Made by a program: the position numbers and the translations under genes | NCBI GenBank assembly: GCA_038087875.1 | Contig: CM075987.1 | Span: 23,996,001-24,060,000, forward strand | From: Malacoraja senta | Taxonomy: Eukaryota | Reading direction: 5' to 3' | DNA length: 64,000 nucleotides | Notes under the pieces: generated by a model | What the model was told of the DNA's origin: nothing | What the model saw: only the letters and a program-made list of their open reading frames with translations | The model's database searches: none | Shown: positions 13,708-27,384 of the stretch, in pieces | Numbering within the stretch: the first letter of the stretch is position 1 | Layout: every line of letters starts with the position of its first letter

Positions 13708-15020
13708 CATAGAAACATAGAAAATAGGTGCAGGAATAGGCCATTCGGCTCTTCGAGCCAGCACCGCCATTCAATAGACAATAGACAATAGACAATAGGT
13801 GCAGGAGTAGGCCATTTGGCCCTTTGAGCCAGCACCGCCATTCATTGTGATCATGGCTGATCATCCCCAATCAGTACCCCGTTCCTGCCTTCTCCCCATA
13901 TCCCCCGACACCGCTATCTTTAAGAGCCCTATCTAGCTGAGGCAGAGAATTCCACAGACTCACAACTCTCTGTGAGAAAAAGTGTTTCCTCGTCTCCGTT
14001 CTAAATGGGTTACCCTTTATTCTGAAACTGTGGCCCCTGGTTCTGGACTCCCCCAACATCGGGAACATGTTTCCTGCCTCTAGTGTGTCCAAACCCTTAA
14101 CAATCTTATATGTTTCAATAAGATCCCCTTTCATCCTTCTAAACTCCAGAGTGTACAAGCCCAGCCACTCCATTCTCTCAGCATATGACAGTCCCTCCAT
14201 CCCGGGAATTAACCTTGTAAACCTACGCTGCGCTCCCTCAATAGCAAGAATGTCCTTCCTCAAATTAGGGGACCAAAACTGCACACAATACTCCAGGTGT
14301 GATCTCACTAGGGCTCTGTACAACTGCAGAAGGACCTCTTTGCTCCTATACTCGACTCTTCTTGTTATAAAGGTCAACATGCCATTTGCTTTCTCCACTG
14401 CCCGCTGTACCTGCATTCAATATGATCATAGCTGATCATCCCAAATCAGTACCCTGTTCTGGCTTTTTCCCCACATCCCTTGATTCCTTTAGCCCTCAGA
14501 GCTAAATCTAACTCTCTCTTGAAACCATCCAGTGAATTGTCCTCCACTGCCTTTGTGGCAGAGAATTCCACAGATTCACAACTCTCTGGGTGAAAAAGTT
14601 TTTCCTCATCTCAGTCCTAAATGGCCTACCCCTTACTCTTAAACTGTGACCCTTGGATCTGGACTCAACCAACATCGGGAACATTTTGCCTGCATCTACC
14701 CTGCCCAATCCTCTAAGAATTTGATATGTTTCCATAAGATCCCCTCTGATCCTTCTAAATTCCAGCGAATACAAGCCCAGTCGACCCATTTTTTTAATCA
14801 TATGTCAGTCCCGCCATCCCGGGAATTAACCTCACTCAATAGCAATAATGTCATTCCTCAAATTTCGAGAATAAAATTGCACACAATACTACAGGTGCGG
14901 TCTCACCAGGGCCCTGTACAACTGCAGTGTACAGGTGCGGTCTCACCAGGGCCCTGTACAATTTCTTCTGGACTCAAATCCTCTTGCAATGAAGGCCTTT
15001 TCTTGGCTTTCTTCACTGCC
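13708..15020 (-). mobile_element. Two tandem CR1 LINE 3' fragments
   Basis: ORFs 13871-14416 and 14508-14801 (LYRALVRSHLEYCVQFWSP, RRMKGDLIETYKI). Confidence 0.9.
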
Positions 15021-15855
15021 TTCCTATTTCAAAATTTAATAAGAAGGAAGCATTTTTTCCCCAATGTATCATCCATTTGTGATAAATGTCAGTCTCAAGA
15101 AGCTACTATAGTGCACTCATTTGTTTTTTGTACAAAAATGCAAAAATTTTGGATTGAGATTTTTGAAATCTTTACAAAATTATTAAAAATAAAACTGATA
15201 CCAAAAGCAGAATGGATTATCTTCGGAACAACGGAAGATAGTCCTGAACTAAATGTGTTTCAAAAGAAATTAATAGATTACGGGTTAATAACTGGAAAAA
15301 AGTTAATCCTAAAATTCTGGAAAAACGCTCCAATACCAACTATAAACATGTGGATTTCAAATATGTTTGAAACATTACACCTAGAAGAGATAAGACTCCT
15401 CCTGGCAGGTAAACCAGATCACTTCCACCTGACGAGGTCTGCATTTATAGAATTATTACAAGTATAGGGTGCAAAAGGACTTAAAAAACAACTGAGGTCA
15501 GGTAAAGGGGGATGAAAGCTGGAGAGTTGGTATATCCCATTTGCGTGATGCTTATAACAAAGTATTTGTTTTTCTCTTTTTTCCTCTTTCTCTTTTTTTT
15601 CTTCTTTAGGGTCTATCTCTTAATCCTTTCTTTTTAATTTATTTTCTACAGGGTCTCTGTTCTTTCCTGTTGTCACGTTTTTACACCTTCACTATTTTCC
15701 TTCACTTTCTCTTTTTTCTTAATCTCAACCTTTCCTTTTTATCAGTGTAAAAAATGACGGAGTACATTAATTGTAATAAGATATACGTGATGAGTACTAA
15801 TGTAATTGGTTGTAATGTAATGTACTTCTAATAAATAAAAAAGAAAAAAAGAAAG
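15021..15855 (+). mobile_element. L1/Tx1-clade LINE 3' fragment
   Basis: C-x2-C...H-x4-C knuckle (CDKC...HSFVFC), ILKFWK motif, stop at 15467, AT-rich UTR with AATAAA and an A-rich tail. Confidence 0.8.
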
Positions 15856-16327
15856 AAGGAAGCATTTTACTCCTAGCGTTCTCATAATCCCAAATAAATT
15901 TCCATACATTAACCTCTTTGCACCTCAAACTTGCTCTGTTTTCTATATAAAATTTCAACACAAGTTTCCAATCCAGCAACATAAATAGATATACATTCGT
16001 GAGATGTTTTGGCTGGGCGAGAGTTCTCTTAGATTACACACAACACATTTATGTGCAAATATTTTCGCTTCTGCTTTCAAGTATGGCCAGGAGAGTAGTG
16101 ATTGACAAACTTTCCCCAACCAGCCGGTACTAAGGTTTGGCACAACGACCTCTTTCTGTGCAGCCAGCTCTGCATTTAATTCTTTCTATTTTTGAGATTC
16201 TTCATTTTTCATCTTGCAATAGTTTGGTGTTCTGCTGGGATAGGGTGTGCATTGTCTCTTCAAACTTTCTTTCACACTTTTCAAATGGTGTTACATTTGG
16301 CAGAGTCGCTTACCTGGAATAGAGTCC

Positions 16328-16790
16328 TAGAGTCATAGAATGATACAGTGTGGAAACAGGGCCTTCAGCCCAACTTGCCCACACCGGCCAACTTGTCCCA
16401 GCTACACTAGTCCCACCTGAGGGTCCATATCCCTCCAAACCTGTCCTGTCCATGTACCTGTCTAACTGTTTCTTAAACGATGGGATTGTCCCAGCCTCAA
16501 CTACCTCCTTTGGCAGCTTGTTCCATACAACCACCATCCTTTGTGTGAAAAAGCTATCCCTCAGATTCCTATTAAATCTTTTCCCCTTCACCTTAAACCT
16601 ATGTCCTCTGGGCCTCAATTCACCTACTCTGGGAAAGAAACTGTGCGTTTACCCGATCTATTCTTCTCATGATTTTATACACTTCCATAAGATCACCCCT
16701 CATCCTCCTGCACTCTAATGAATAGAGACCCAGCCTACTCTACCTCTCCCTATTGCTCAGAGCCTCTGGCCCTGACAATATCCTTGTATA
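16328..16790 (-). mobile_element. CR1 LINE 3' fragment
   Basis: ORF RGHRFKVKGKRF...WNKLPKEVVEA. Confidence 0.9.
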
Positions 16791-17329
16791 CAAACCGTGT
16801 AATGCATCCTTGCATTAACAATTATCTGAATTGTTTACTTGGCTTCCTGTACTTTGTTCATCCGTCTAGCAGCCTGCGATCATTGTCACCTCTCGGCTCC
16901 CACCACCATCTCCCTCAGACATCTCACAGGGTCTGCAGCCACGTGTGCATTGTTGTGGTCTGGCATTGCCCCATCACCAGCTTCCATCTTCTTGCAAGTT
17001 GCCTTCATCCCTTTGCTCTGGAATGAAAATTGATTCTTTTTTTGGTTGCATTTTGGTTTAGATGTAGGTTTATTATCTCTACGTGTGCAGCGAAAAGTTT
17101 TGTTTTGCATGCTGTCCAATCAAATTAGATAATACTAAATATAAATACAATGGGGGGAAGAAACAAAGAAGGGCACGGCATGGGGGGACTGCCGTGGGGG
17201 GGGGGGGGGTGGAAGAACAAGGGGGACATTGGGTATGCAAACAAAGAATTTCCATGTGACTTCTCACATGTGACAATAAAGTATTCATTCATTCATTCAT
17301 TCATTCGTTCATTCATTCAAGTCAAACTC

Positions 17330-18065
17330 ATGGACAATAGGTAGAGCAAAGTAGAAAGATACAGAGTGCAGGATATAGATCTCAGCATTGTCATGCAACA
17401 ATCTCATAGACAAAGTCCAATGTCTGCCCTAAAGTAGAGGAGAATCGGATTGTGGCCTAGCTTATGGAAGGACAGTTCAGAAGCCTGATAGAGGAGAAGA
17501 AGCTGTTCCTAAGTCAGGTGGTACGCGCTTTTAAGCTTCTGTACCTTCTCCCTGAAGGAATCAGGGAGAAGAAGGAATGACTGGGGTGGGAAAGGTGTTT
17601 GATTATGTTGGCTGCTTTTCCAAGAGAACGTGGTGTATTTGGGGTCAATGGCGAGGCATCTGCTCTGTGCGTTAGTCTGGGACGCATGCACAATTCTCTG
17701 CAATTTCTTGCGGTCTTGGGCAGAGCTGTTCCCAATCCAAGGCAATCTAACAGTGTGCTTTTTATGGTGCATCTGTAGAAGTTTATATGACTTGCGATAT
17801 TCCTTCCTTTGAGGAACTGAACCATCCTATCACCAACTAGAGTGGTCCTGACCAACTATCCACCACATTGGAGACCTTCGGACTATCTTTAATAGAACTT
17901 TACTGGATTTCACCTTGCACCAAACATTATTCCCTTTATCCTGTATCTGTACACTATGAACGGCTGATGGAAATCAAGTACAGTCATTCCACTCACTGTA
18001 TAACACACACCAAAAAAGCTTTACACTGTACCTTGGTACACAAAAACAATAAACTAAACTAAACT
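17330..18065. mobile_element. Rex1/Babar-like fragments (minus 17330-17785; plus tail 17815-18065)
   Basis: NFYRCTI, DRKKLQRIV and HPSHSFFSLIPSGRRYRSL peptides. Confidence 0.75.
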
Positions 18066-18169
18066 TTAGCTGAGCACTTATTCTTCTTGTTATTTATGAT
18101 GCTATAATATTGACATACTTTAAACGTTGTTAAACTCTTTATATATATGCTTCTCTGTGACTACATGGC

Positions 18170-18470
18170 TGAAATCTTGTCCACTTTTGAGCTCATCAAT
18201 TCTGGCTTTAGACAGCACAGAGCCCTGCAGAATTTGACACACTTTGCCAGGTCTGCTTCTCTCGCCAGACATCTTGTATTCCAATTCTGCGTTCAATCCT
18301 GTCATAGATCAACTCATCCCTTAGGTCTCTGACGTTGGCGACTGGAGTCAGCAACTTCAGTTCAGTCAAGTATGTGTCGAATGTCTCCCCATTGACCTCA
18401 ACATCTCCTGAATAGGATGCATTTGAACACTGTCTGAGTACATGGAAGGTTGGAATGACTGTAGCAAGAG
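18170..18470 (-). mobile_element. Degenerate Ty3/Gypsy gag relic
   Basis: GETFDTYLTELKLL...DLRDELIYDRI resembles the Gypsy gag major-homology region; frameshifted; no LTRs seen. Confidence 0.6.
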
Positions 18471-19355
18471 TAACTAATTCATAGGCTATCTCCCCTGTAA
18501 TCCACACCAATATTCTATTTGCCTTCCAAATTACTTGCCATGTTTTATAATATATAACTTCCTATGTTTATGTACATGGATATCTATATCCCTCTTTCAC
18601 AGCATGGCTCAGTCAGGTTAAATTCAAACAGTAGATTGCTTTTCTGTTCTTCAGACCAAGTCTGATGCATCCACGTTTCCGTACATTATAATCTACTCGC
18701 TAAATCCTTACTCACCAATGTGACCTCTCTGTATCCCTTTGCAAACTCTGTGGCCCTCCGCCTTGCAACTTGCTTCATAGCCATCTTTGCACCTTCAGCC
18801 CATTTGGCTACAGAATGTCCAATCCTTCACTGAGACCATTAATATATATCATGCCCTGCTCCACAGCCAATAAATCCCCTCTGAGCCATGATATCTGAAA
18901 CCAAGGGTATACTCCAAACAGAATCTAACCAAAGCTGTATGTAACTATAGGATAGCTTCCTCCACTTTATTGACGAGCTACTCTCGATGGAAACGCTTAC
19001 ATTCCAATTCCATTAGCCTGTTTGGTAGCTTTCTATAAGTGTGCACAAATTCCAATCATTTTGCCAGACTGCTCCGCTCCACCATGCTTCTCAGACTCCT
19101 GCCATTGAAAAAAAGTATTCCAATTTATCTTTCTTAGTTCCAGACTGGATGATCTCATCCCTCCACATGTTAAAGTCCTTCTGCAATAGTTTTGCCCACT
19201 TAGTCTGAACATGTCTCTTCGTCATTTCCTGCTCCCATCTACACAAATTGCTCTCCTTCATAATTCATGTCACCTGCACGCTTGGATGAGCAACTCTTTA
19301 TTACTTGGCCACTAATATACTACCCTAACCCCAGAAGCGATGCCTTTAAGACTTA

Positions 19356-19778
19356 AGGGCCTGTCCCACGGGCATGCGACTCCATGCGGCAAGCGCGACC
19401 TAACTGCAAGCGGGGGCCGTGCGGGGGCCGCGGGGCCGGTCCCACTTCGATCGCCGGAGCGGTATGGAGTTGTGCGGAGCTGGTCCCGACATCGCGCGGG
19501 TTCCGAAAAACTGACACTGTTCAAAAATTCCGTGCGGCAATGGCCTGCCGCCCAGCAGCCGCATCGAGGCCGTGCGCGCCGCATCGACGCCGGACGCACC
19601 GTCTTGACGTCACTCGACCTCCGCGCGGCCCCCGCTTCCGATTTGGTAGCGCTTGCCCCATGCAGCCGCATGCTGGTGGGACAGGCCCTGTATGGGGATC
19701 ACTCGACCTCCGCGCGGTCCCCGCTTGCGGTTAGGTCGCGCTTGCCGCATGGAGTTGCATGCCCGTGGGACAAGCCCT
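19356..19778. mobile_element. MITE family A (PIF/Harbinger-like)
   Basis: AGGGCCTGTCCCAC...GTGGGACAAGCCCT; flanks TTA/TAA. Confidence 0.9.
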
Positions 19779-22048
19779 TAAGACCTGCACAAATCTTGAA
19801 ACATGACAGTCGTATTTGTGCCACGATACAATAGCAAAAGACCTCAACTCTTTATGTTCTGTTTCTACCTACTTAAGAGTAAGCAGAGAACTTGGCAATT
19901 ATGACCCAAAGACTCTCCTTTTAAATTTCTTCTGGAGTCAGTGTGGCATTTGGCCTTTCTGAGTTTGTTTGCCAGCCCTTTGTTGGAATGTGGGATCACG
20001 GTAGACATTTCTTTGATGTGCACATCCGTGGCAGAGGTTTATTAATAAGAACATCGGTATTGGGGTTGGATCTAGCACGGTAGTAAAAACCCTTTCTTCT
20101 GAAATCCTTCTACGTGATTTATTTTGATGCAACTTTGTTGACATCACCACATAAAATGCTTGATGTCGTGCCAAAAGAAAGACCTCATCCTTAACTATTC
20201 TAGTTTTTAAAAATCTAAATTAGGCTTTCATTTACACCCGGTTCCCAAAATGTAGTTGGCGTAAAAACATAAAAGACAAAAATAAGGAGTAAACTTCAGG
20301 ACCTTTCAAACCTGCTCCGCTGTTCATTAGGAACAGAAACAGAAAATAGGTACAGGAGTAGGCCATTTGGCCCTTCGAGCCAGCACTGCCATTCAATATG
20401 ATCATGGCTGATCGTCCAAAATCAGTACCCCGTTCCTGCTTTCTCCCCATATCCCTTAGGATTATAATTTGTTCGGTGCCTTAATTCCACTTTCCCATTT
20501 CCTTTCCAAACCACTGTTTAATCTTTCTTTTGGAATAATCTATTAATCTCAGATTTGAATGCTTTTCCTGCCTTTGCATCCACAGTTCTTCGAAGTAGAA
20601 ATCTCCAAACTTACAACCCCCCATGTTAAGAAAAGTCTTCTTTTCCCAACTTATCCCAACATACCCCATGACCCCATGAACGGGTGTCAAGGGTTATGGG
20701 GAGAAGGCAGGAAAATGGGATTAGGAGGCAGAGATCAGCCATGATTGAATGGCGGAGTAGACTCGATGGGCCGAATGGCCTACTGCTACTCCTATAACTT
20801 GTGAACTTGTGAACTAGTTGCTGGTGAAAATGGTTCATGCTCTTCACTTACTGCCCTCTCTCTTTCAAAACCTTCCGAATGGCCCCTTAAATGTCCCAAC
20901 TTTAAATCTTCGACCGCCGGCCTGCGGCCTACACCAACCTGAAGCCGCGGTCTCCGGTGGGGGAGGCACCGTTTCAGGACTTACCTGGACTTTCACTCAT
21001 CTGGATGCCCGCAGCGGCTGGCTGCGGAGGGTTGAGGTCCCGACCACGGGGGGAAATGGAGGAGGACTGGCCAAATTTTGTGCCTTCCACCACAGTGATG
21101 AATGCTGTGGTGGATGTTAGTGTTAAATTTTTATTGTGTTCTTTTTCATTGTACCGCTGCTGGCAAATTCATTTCACTTGCACTTTATGTGCAAGTGACG
21201 AATAAAACTGATTGATTGTATTGTTTAAAGATAAGTCAGACCATAACACAACTTATATTGCCTGTGTTTTACTCCTTGGTGTGATGGTTGATCGCAGAGC
21301 ATCTGAGATATTTTATCTGCTCACAGATATCCTCTGCAACGACTGCTGAGATGAGGCAGATGCCGGTCCGCGAAATTTCAACACCCAAAGGTGGCAGCGA
21401 GTTAAATGAACGGCGTAAATCATTCCTTTGCCACTTGCAGTCAAAAGCAGTGCCAACAGATTGAATGATCTTTAGACACAGCATAATACTGCACAGCTTG
21501 CAGGAAGGAACTGCAGATGCTGGTTTAAACTGAAGATAGACACAAAATGCTGGAGTAACTCAGCGGGTCAGGCAGCATCTCTGGAGAAAAGGAACAGGTG
21601 AAGTTTCGGGTTGAGACCCTTCTTCAGGCTGAGGGTCGGGGGAGAGGGAACCAAGAGATTTGGAAGGTACAGCTGCTATTAGGTGGAAGAAAAATACTTC
21701 CACAAACAAGGCATCATTTACTTGCCTTGTATTCATATGGTTGCCGCTCCCATGTCTTAATAGTATTTCCAGAAGATGTTGTGTCAAAGTGTAAAGGTGC
21801 CTGAACTTGGATTGTTTTCTCCAGAGTGTTATAGGTTGAGGAGAAACCTGATAGAAGTATATAAAATATGAGAGGCGCAGATAGGGTAGACAGTCAGAGC
21901 CTTTTTCTCCAGGGTGGAAATGTCAAACGTTAGAGGGCATATGTTTAAAGTACGAGGGACAAAGTTTATAGGAGATGTGTGGGCCAATTTTTATTTTACA
22001 CAGATTGTGGTGGGTGCCTGAAACTCGCTGCCAGGGATGATGGAAGAG

Positions 22049-22193
22049 CAGTGGCGGATTGGCCAGGGTGTCAGCTTGCCCGATGGCAAGTGGGCCCCTG
22101 ATGAAGTGGGCCCCAAATATCAAGTGGGCCCCTGATGAAGTGGGCCCACTTTGTCTCCTGGCAACCAATATTTTTAGACCCAGTCCGCCACTG
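22049..22193. mobile_element. hAT-type MITE (145 bp) inserted in an old CR1 3' end
   Basis: TIRs CAGTGGCGGA(T/C)TGG; 8-bp TSD TGGAAGAG/TGGAGGAG; internal AAGTGGGCCC repeats. Confidence 0.85.
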
Positions 22194-22421
22194 TGGAGGA
22201 GGCAGATACAACAGTGGCTTTTAAGAGGCTTTTAGATAAGCGTATAGATATTTTGGGAATGGCAGGGTATGAAGAAATTAGATTATTTTGGCATATTGTT
22301 CGACACAGACACTGCACCTGTTCCCAAGCTCTACTTTTCTATGAGTCTTTGAGTCTAAAGAAGGGTCTCGACCTGAAACGTCACCCTTTTCTTCAGAGAT
22401 GCTGCCTGACCCGCTGAGTTA

Positions 22422-23273
22422 AGCGTCTGTCCCACTTAGGCTATTGTTTAGGCGACTGCAGGCGGCTAGGCAGTCGCCACATGGTCGCCAGGGTGTCGCC
22501 TGTATGGTCGTGAGTCGTCTCCTCAGTCGGCCAAAGAGTCGTAGCGTCTTTCTGGTCGCCGCTGGATTTTCAACATGTTGATTTTCGGAGACAGTCGGCG
22601 ACAGTGGGTTTGACGGCAATGAGAGTAGCTTGATGTAGGTGCTGTTGTAGTTGTCACCAGGTTAACGTAGGTTGTCGCCAGGTGATGTAGGTTGTCGCCA
22701 GGTGATGTAGGTTGTCGCCAGGTGACGTAGGTTGTCGCCAGGTGATGTAGGTTGTCGCCAGGTGATGTAGGTTGTCGCCAGGTTAACGTAGGTTGTCGCC
22801 AGGTTAACGTAGGTTGTCGCCAGGTGATGTAGGTTGTCGCCAGGTGATGTAGGTTGTCGCCAGGTGATGTAGGTTGTCGCCAGGTGATGTAGGTTGTCGC
22901 CAGGTTAACGTAGGTTGTCGCCAGGTGATGTAGGTTGTCGCCAGGTGATGTAGGTTGTCGCCAGGTTAACGTAGGTTGTCGCCAGGTGATGTAGGTTGTC
23001 GCCAGGTGACGTAGGTTGTCGCCAGGTGACGTAGGTTGTCGCCAGGTGATGTAGGTTGTCGCCAGGTGATGTAGGTTGTCGCCAGGTGATGTAGGTTGTC
23101 GCCAGGTTAACGTAGGTTGTCGCCGGTGCTAACTTTTTTTTTTTTTTTAAAGTAATGATACTATTTCCAATTTAATGTCGAAGGGGGGTCCAGCCACTGT
23201 TTTTTCGGCGACCTGCTGCGACTATGACAGTTGCGGGCAGTCGCCTAAAAATAGCCTAAGTTGGACATGCCCT
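22422..23273. mobile_element. MITE family B with expanded minisatellite, inserted in a Penelope-derived repeat
   Basis: Degenerate TIRs AGCGTCTGTCCCAC / GTTGGACATGCCCT; host GCTGAG-TTA-CTCCAGC is split; flanks TTA/TAA. Confidence 0.85.
22659..23124 (+). repeat. Minisatellite, ~23 units of 20-21 bp AGGT(GAT/GAC/TAAC)GTAGGTTGTCGCC
   Basis: Directly visible head-to-tail array with no spacers. Confidence 0.95.
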
Positions 23274-23574
23274 TAACTCCAGCATTTTGGGTCTATCTTC
23301 GGTATAAACCAGCATCTGCAATTTCTTCCTTCATGCTGCCTTTTTCTATGTTCCATGTTCAAATGGCGCTCAATACTCTCCATTATATCAGACGTCTTGT
23401 TGTAAAAGGAAACTGGAGAGGATAATTTTTCATGAAATCTTTCAGAATGATTTGGAGTTCTTTCACAATGAATCCCTTGAACGATTAATTATTGTACATT
23501 CCTGCAACCACAGAGTTTTATTTTCTTTAATGATCAAGACTCCTGCATGGATCACAAGATTCTCTTCCCCTGTA

Positions 23575-23888
23575 GCTTAGGTAGAGATACAGCGAGGAAT
23601 CAGGCCCCTCGGCCCAATGAGTCTGCATCGACCAGCGATCCCCGCACCAACACTATCCTACACAAACTAAGGACAATTTACACTTATACCAAGCCAATTT
23701 ACCTACAAACCTGCACGTCTTTTGGGTGCGGGAAGAAACCAAAGATATCCAAGAAAACCCACGCGGTCACGAGAAGAAGGTACAAACTCCGTACAGGCAG
23801 CACCCGTAGTCGGGATCGAACCCGGGTCTCCGTGGCTGCAAGCGCTGTGAGGCAGCGACTCTACCGCCGCGCCACCGTGGCCGCCCTA
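23575..23888 (-). mobile_element. HE1-like SINE
   Basis: Full-length family sequence. Confidence 0.85.
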
Positions 23889-24935
23889 CGCCACGGATAA
23901 CAGAAGACGAGTTACTCCAGCTTTTTGTGTCCGTTTAAAGGAAGATGAATGTTTTCGGCTGGTGAAACCAGCGTTCCACAAAAAAAAAAAAAACGTTGAT
24001 TTGGCGCCTTCAGAACCTGGTTCTGGTTGACACGTAAATAGTGGCGTTTAAGTGGATTGTAGATGTGCTGAGAATGGAAGGATTTTGTGCAGACGGAGGA
24101 GATTAGTTTAACTTGGCATCGTGTTCGGCATGGACATCGTGTGTCTGAGGGCCCGTTCCTGTGCTGTACTGTTCTACATTCTACGTTCTGAAACACCTGG
24201 CTTGGAATCCGCGGACATAGAGGGGCGCACTGAGGACATGTTACGTTGATTTAAAGGGCCACATTAATTACATGCAAATGTCAGCAAGACAGAGGATGAA
24301 AGTTTAGCCGTTTACTTTTGTCTGCCTTTTCCTTCTGGGCCTCACTGTTGGCAAGTCCTTCTCTGGACAGCTCTGCTATGAATGATCCTGCAAGTTCTTG
24401 CTGTTGCAATATTTTCTTGTACAAAATGTAGCTGCTTCATAAATCATAGTTTTTTTTTGTCTCGCTGGCAAAACATACGCTGAACCTCCCAATTCATTTT
24501 ATTCCCCTCATTAACCAAACTAAACGATACAGGAATCCTAACCCATGACCCACGCAGTAAAAAAGAGGGGGGGGGGGGCTTAATGTCACATTTAAGTTGT
24601 TGCAATTCTATAACATTCCTGCTCTCTTGGCCATTCCTTAAGACTGGAGAAATTATATTTCACTGGAGAAACTTTGGCAATACCATTCTAAGTCATATTT
24701 CTTTTTGCTTGATGCTTAACTCACATTTCAGATTATACTGACAGCATTAACTGGCAGCATCTGTAGTTTTGACATTTAACCCTGATTATTTAATGCTTTC
24801 ATTCAGAATAAGGTTTGATGGGACTCCCAATCATTCGCAGCTGATATGATTCCATATCTGATGCCTGGTAAAAAAGTATGGAACAGCAGACATGATAGGT
24901 TCAATATACAGGCCAGAGATAAGACCTCATCATTT

Positions 24936-25268
24936 GGGGCGGCACGGTGGCGCAGCGGGAGAGCTACTGCCCTATAGCGCCAGAGACCCGGGTTCGATCC
25001 TGACTACGGGTGCTTGTCTGTACCGAGTTTGTACGTTCTCCCCGCGACCTGTGTGGATTTTCTCCAAGACCTTCCGTTTCCTCTCACGCTCTAAAGATGT
25101 ACAGGTTTGTAGGTTAATTGGTTTGGTATAAATGTATAAATGTAATATTGTCCCCATTGTGTGTAGGGTGGTGTTAATGTGCGGGCATCGATGGTCGGTG
25201 CGGACTCGGTGGGCCGAAGGGCCTGTTTCCGCATTGTATCTCTAAACTAATCTAAACTAAACTAAACT
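24936..25268 (+). mobile_element. HE1-like SINE, full length
   Basis: GGCACGGTGGCGCAGCGG...GGTTCGATCC...(CTAAA)n. Confidence 0.9.
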
Positions 25269-25507
25269 ACATGGGTAAGAAGGAACTGCAGATGTTGGTT
25301 TAAACTGAAGATAGATGCAAAACACATGACACGCGCTGTATCTCTAAACTAAACAAAACTAAAATATACATCTAATTGGGCACAACATGGCACTCTTAGG
25401 AACTGCTGATCTATGCAAAGAGGTAAAACAAAACTAATAGCACAATATTAAATAGATGTAGAAACAGAACAGATCTTTGTAAATATCAGCATGATTTGCT
25501 ACAAATA

Positions 25508-25822
25508 AGGGTGGCACAGTGGTGCAGCGTTGCTGCTTTACAGCGCCAGAGATCTTGGTTTGATCCTGACCACAGGTGCTGTCTGCATGGAGTTGTATGT
25601 TCTTCCTGTGACCACGTGGGTTTTCTCCGGGGTGCTATGGTTTCCTCCCACACTCCAAAGATGTACAGGTTTGTAGATTAATTGGCTTTGGTAAAGTGTA
25701 AATTGTCCCTAGTGTGTAGGATAGAGCTAGTGTACATTAGAGGATACAGCTGGTGATCACTGGTCGGCATGGACTCGATGGGCCGAAGGGCCTGTTTCCA
25801 CGCTGCGTTTCTGAAGTCTAAG
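25508..25822 (+). mobile_element. HE1-like SINE
   Basis: Family sequence. Confidence 0.85.
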
Positions 25823-26116
25823 ATCTGGGAACCCTTAATGTAGAAACAGAAAACAGGGAGATGTCAAGGTCTTAACAAGGATTCAGAGGAAATATACCAG
25901 GTGTAATGAATGTAGAGTTTACAGCTATGTAGAGATGCTGGGAACAATGAGATTTGCATCGTGAGAATAGAAAATATTAAAAGGAGATTTAATTTAATAA
26001 ATTCTCACTCATGAAAGCTTGTGTTTAAGGAGAAATAGTGCCCAGTGACTAAAGAGTCAGATATAAACTTAACGATCATTAACAATTTAACAAAGAGGTG
26101 AAGTGAAGAGAATTAA

Positions 26117-26720
26117 AAGCTCTGTCTTACCTGTTTGCGGTCATCGGCGGTGAAGCGCGGCGTCGCCGGTAGCGAGGACCGCGCGGCAACGGCGAGAGCG
26201 TCGAGCCTATCCACCGGAGCGCCGCACGGATGTTGCGCGGGGGCCGAGTTAATTCAAACACGGCGGGTCCCACGTGCTTGCGGTAAGTAAAAAAAGGGCG
26301 GGCCGACTGCGATGACGTCGGCCCGCCGCACGTGACTCACCAGCGGCGGCTGTGGCGGCGGCCATCCTGATTGCGGCGCTGTAGCGGTGGCTGTGACTGC
26401 GGCCGCGCAGCACACGTGCCTCACTGGCGGCGGCACGTGCGTCACTGGCGGAGGCTGTGGCAGAGGAGGTTTGACGCACGGCGCTCGACCCACACTGGCG
26501 GCGGCCCGTGCGAGCGGCCGTGCCGCACTCGTGCATCACTGGTGGAGGTTGTGCGGTGAGTATTTTGTTTTGGACATTGTCGTTTTTATTTTAGCACCGC
26601 GCGGTGTTGGGAACACCGCCGCACGGCCCGGGAATTGTACTTTCTCACGAGTGCGCGGTCTATGGCGGCAGATTCCTCCCGTTTCGCCGCCATAGACCGC
26701 AGACTCGTGAGGCAGGCCTT
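26117..26720. mobile_element. GC-rich MITE with degenerate CTGTCCCAC-type TIRs
   Basis: AAGCTCTGTCTTAC ... GTGAGGCAGGCCTT; subterminal GGCGG motifs in inverted orientation; flanks TAA/TAA. Confidence 0.6.
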
Positions 26721-26722
26721 TA

Positions 26723-27384
26723 AGGGCCTGCCCCACTTAGGCTATTTGTTAGGCGACTACAGGCGACTAGTCTGTTGCCACATGGTCACTGGGGTGTATG
26801 GTCGTGAGTCGTCTCCTCAGTCGCCCAAAGAGTCGTAGCGTCTTTCTGGTCGCCACTGGATTTTCAACATGTTCAAACATTTTCGGCGACAGTTGGCGAC
26901 AGTGGGCTTGACGCCAATGAGCGTAGCTTGACGTCTCCTGACGTAGGTGCTGTCGTAGGTTGTCGCCAGGATGACGTAGGTTGTTGCCAGGTGACGTAGG
27001 TTGTCGCCAGGTGCTGACTTCGGTGAATTCCATTGGCGACTACCTACGTCAACCTACGGTAACTGGCGACAGGTACCGGCGACTGAATAGTCTTCAGTTG
27101 TCGCCGACAGGGTCGTTGCTTGTCGTAGCTTGTCGCGGGTGGACGTAGGTTGACCGGTTGTCGTAGATTATCGCCTGTGCGGTCGTAGGTTGTTGTAGAT
27201 GTGGTCGTAGGTGGACGTCCTAATGGGTCGCCGGTTGTCAGTAGCTTGCCGTAGTTTGACGTCGACTAGGTGGTAGGTTGTTGTAGCTTGTTGTAGACAT
27301 TGTCATAAGGGGGGTCCAGTCGCCAGTTTTTCGGCGACCTGCTACGACTATGACAGTCGCCGGCAGTCGCCTAAATAATCGCCT
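26723..27384. mobile_element. MITE family B (right TIR lost)
   Basis: AGGGCCTGCCCCACTTAGGC start; homologous to 22422-23273. Confidence 0.8.

Noticed and set aside
14646..15467. 273-aa ORF as a host gene
   Set aside because: It is a chimera of antisense CR1 sequence and an L1/Tx1 ORF2 C-terminus.
16130..16310. Minus-strand coiled-coil-like reading (KELNAELAAQKEVV)
   Set aside because: Interrupted by stops and frameshifts; it cannot be assigned to a gene or TE family.
22659..23124. CRISPR-like array
   Set aside because: Units are head-to-tail with no unique spacers, there are no cas genes, and the context is eukaryotic and inside a MITE.
24211..24232. CTCF-like motif (also near 50843-50856)
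   Set aside because: Only a partial match by eye; not supportable without a PWM scan or ChIP data.
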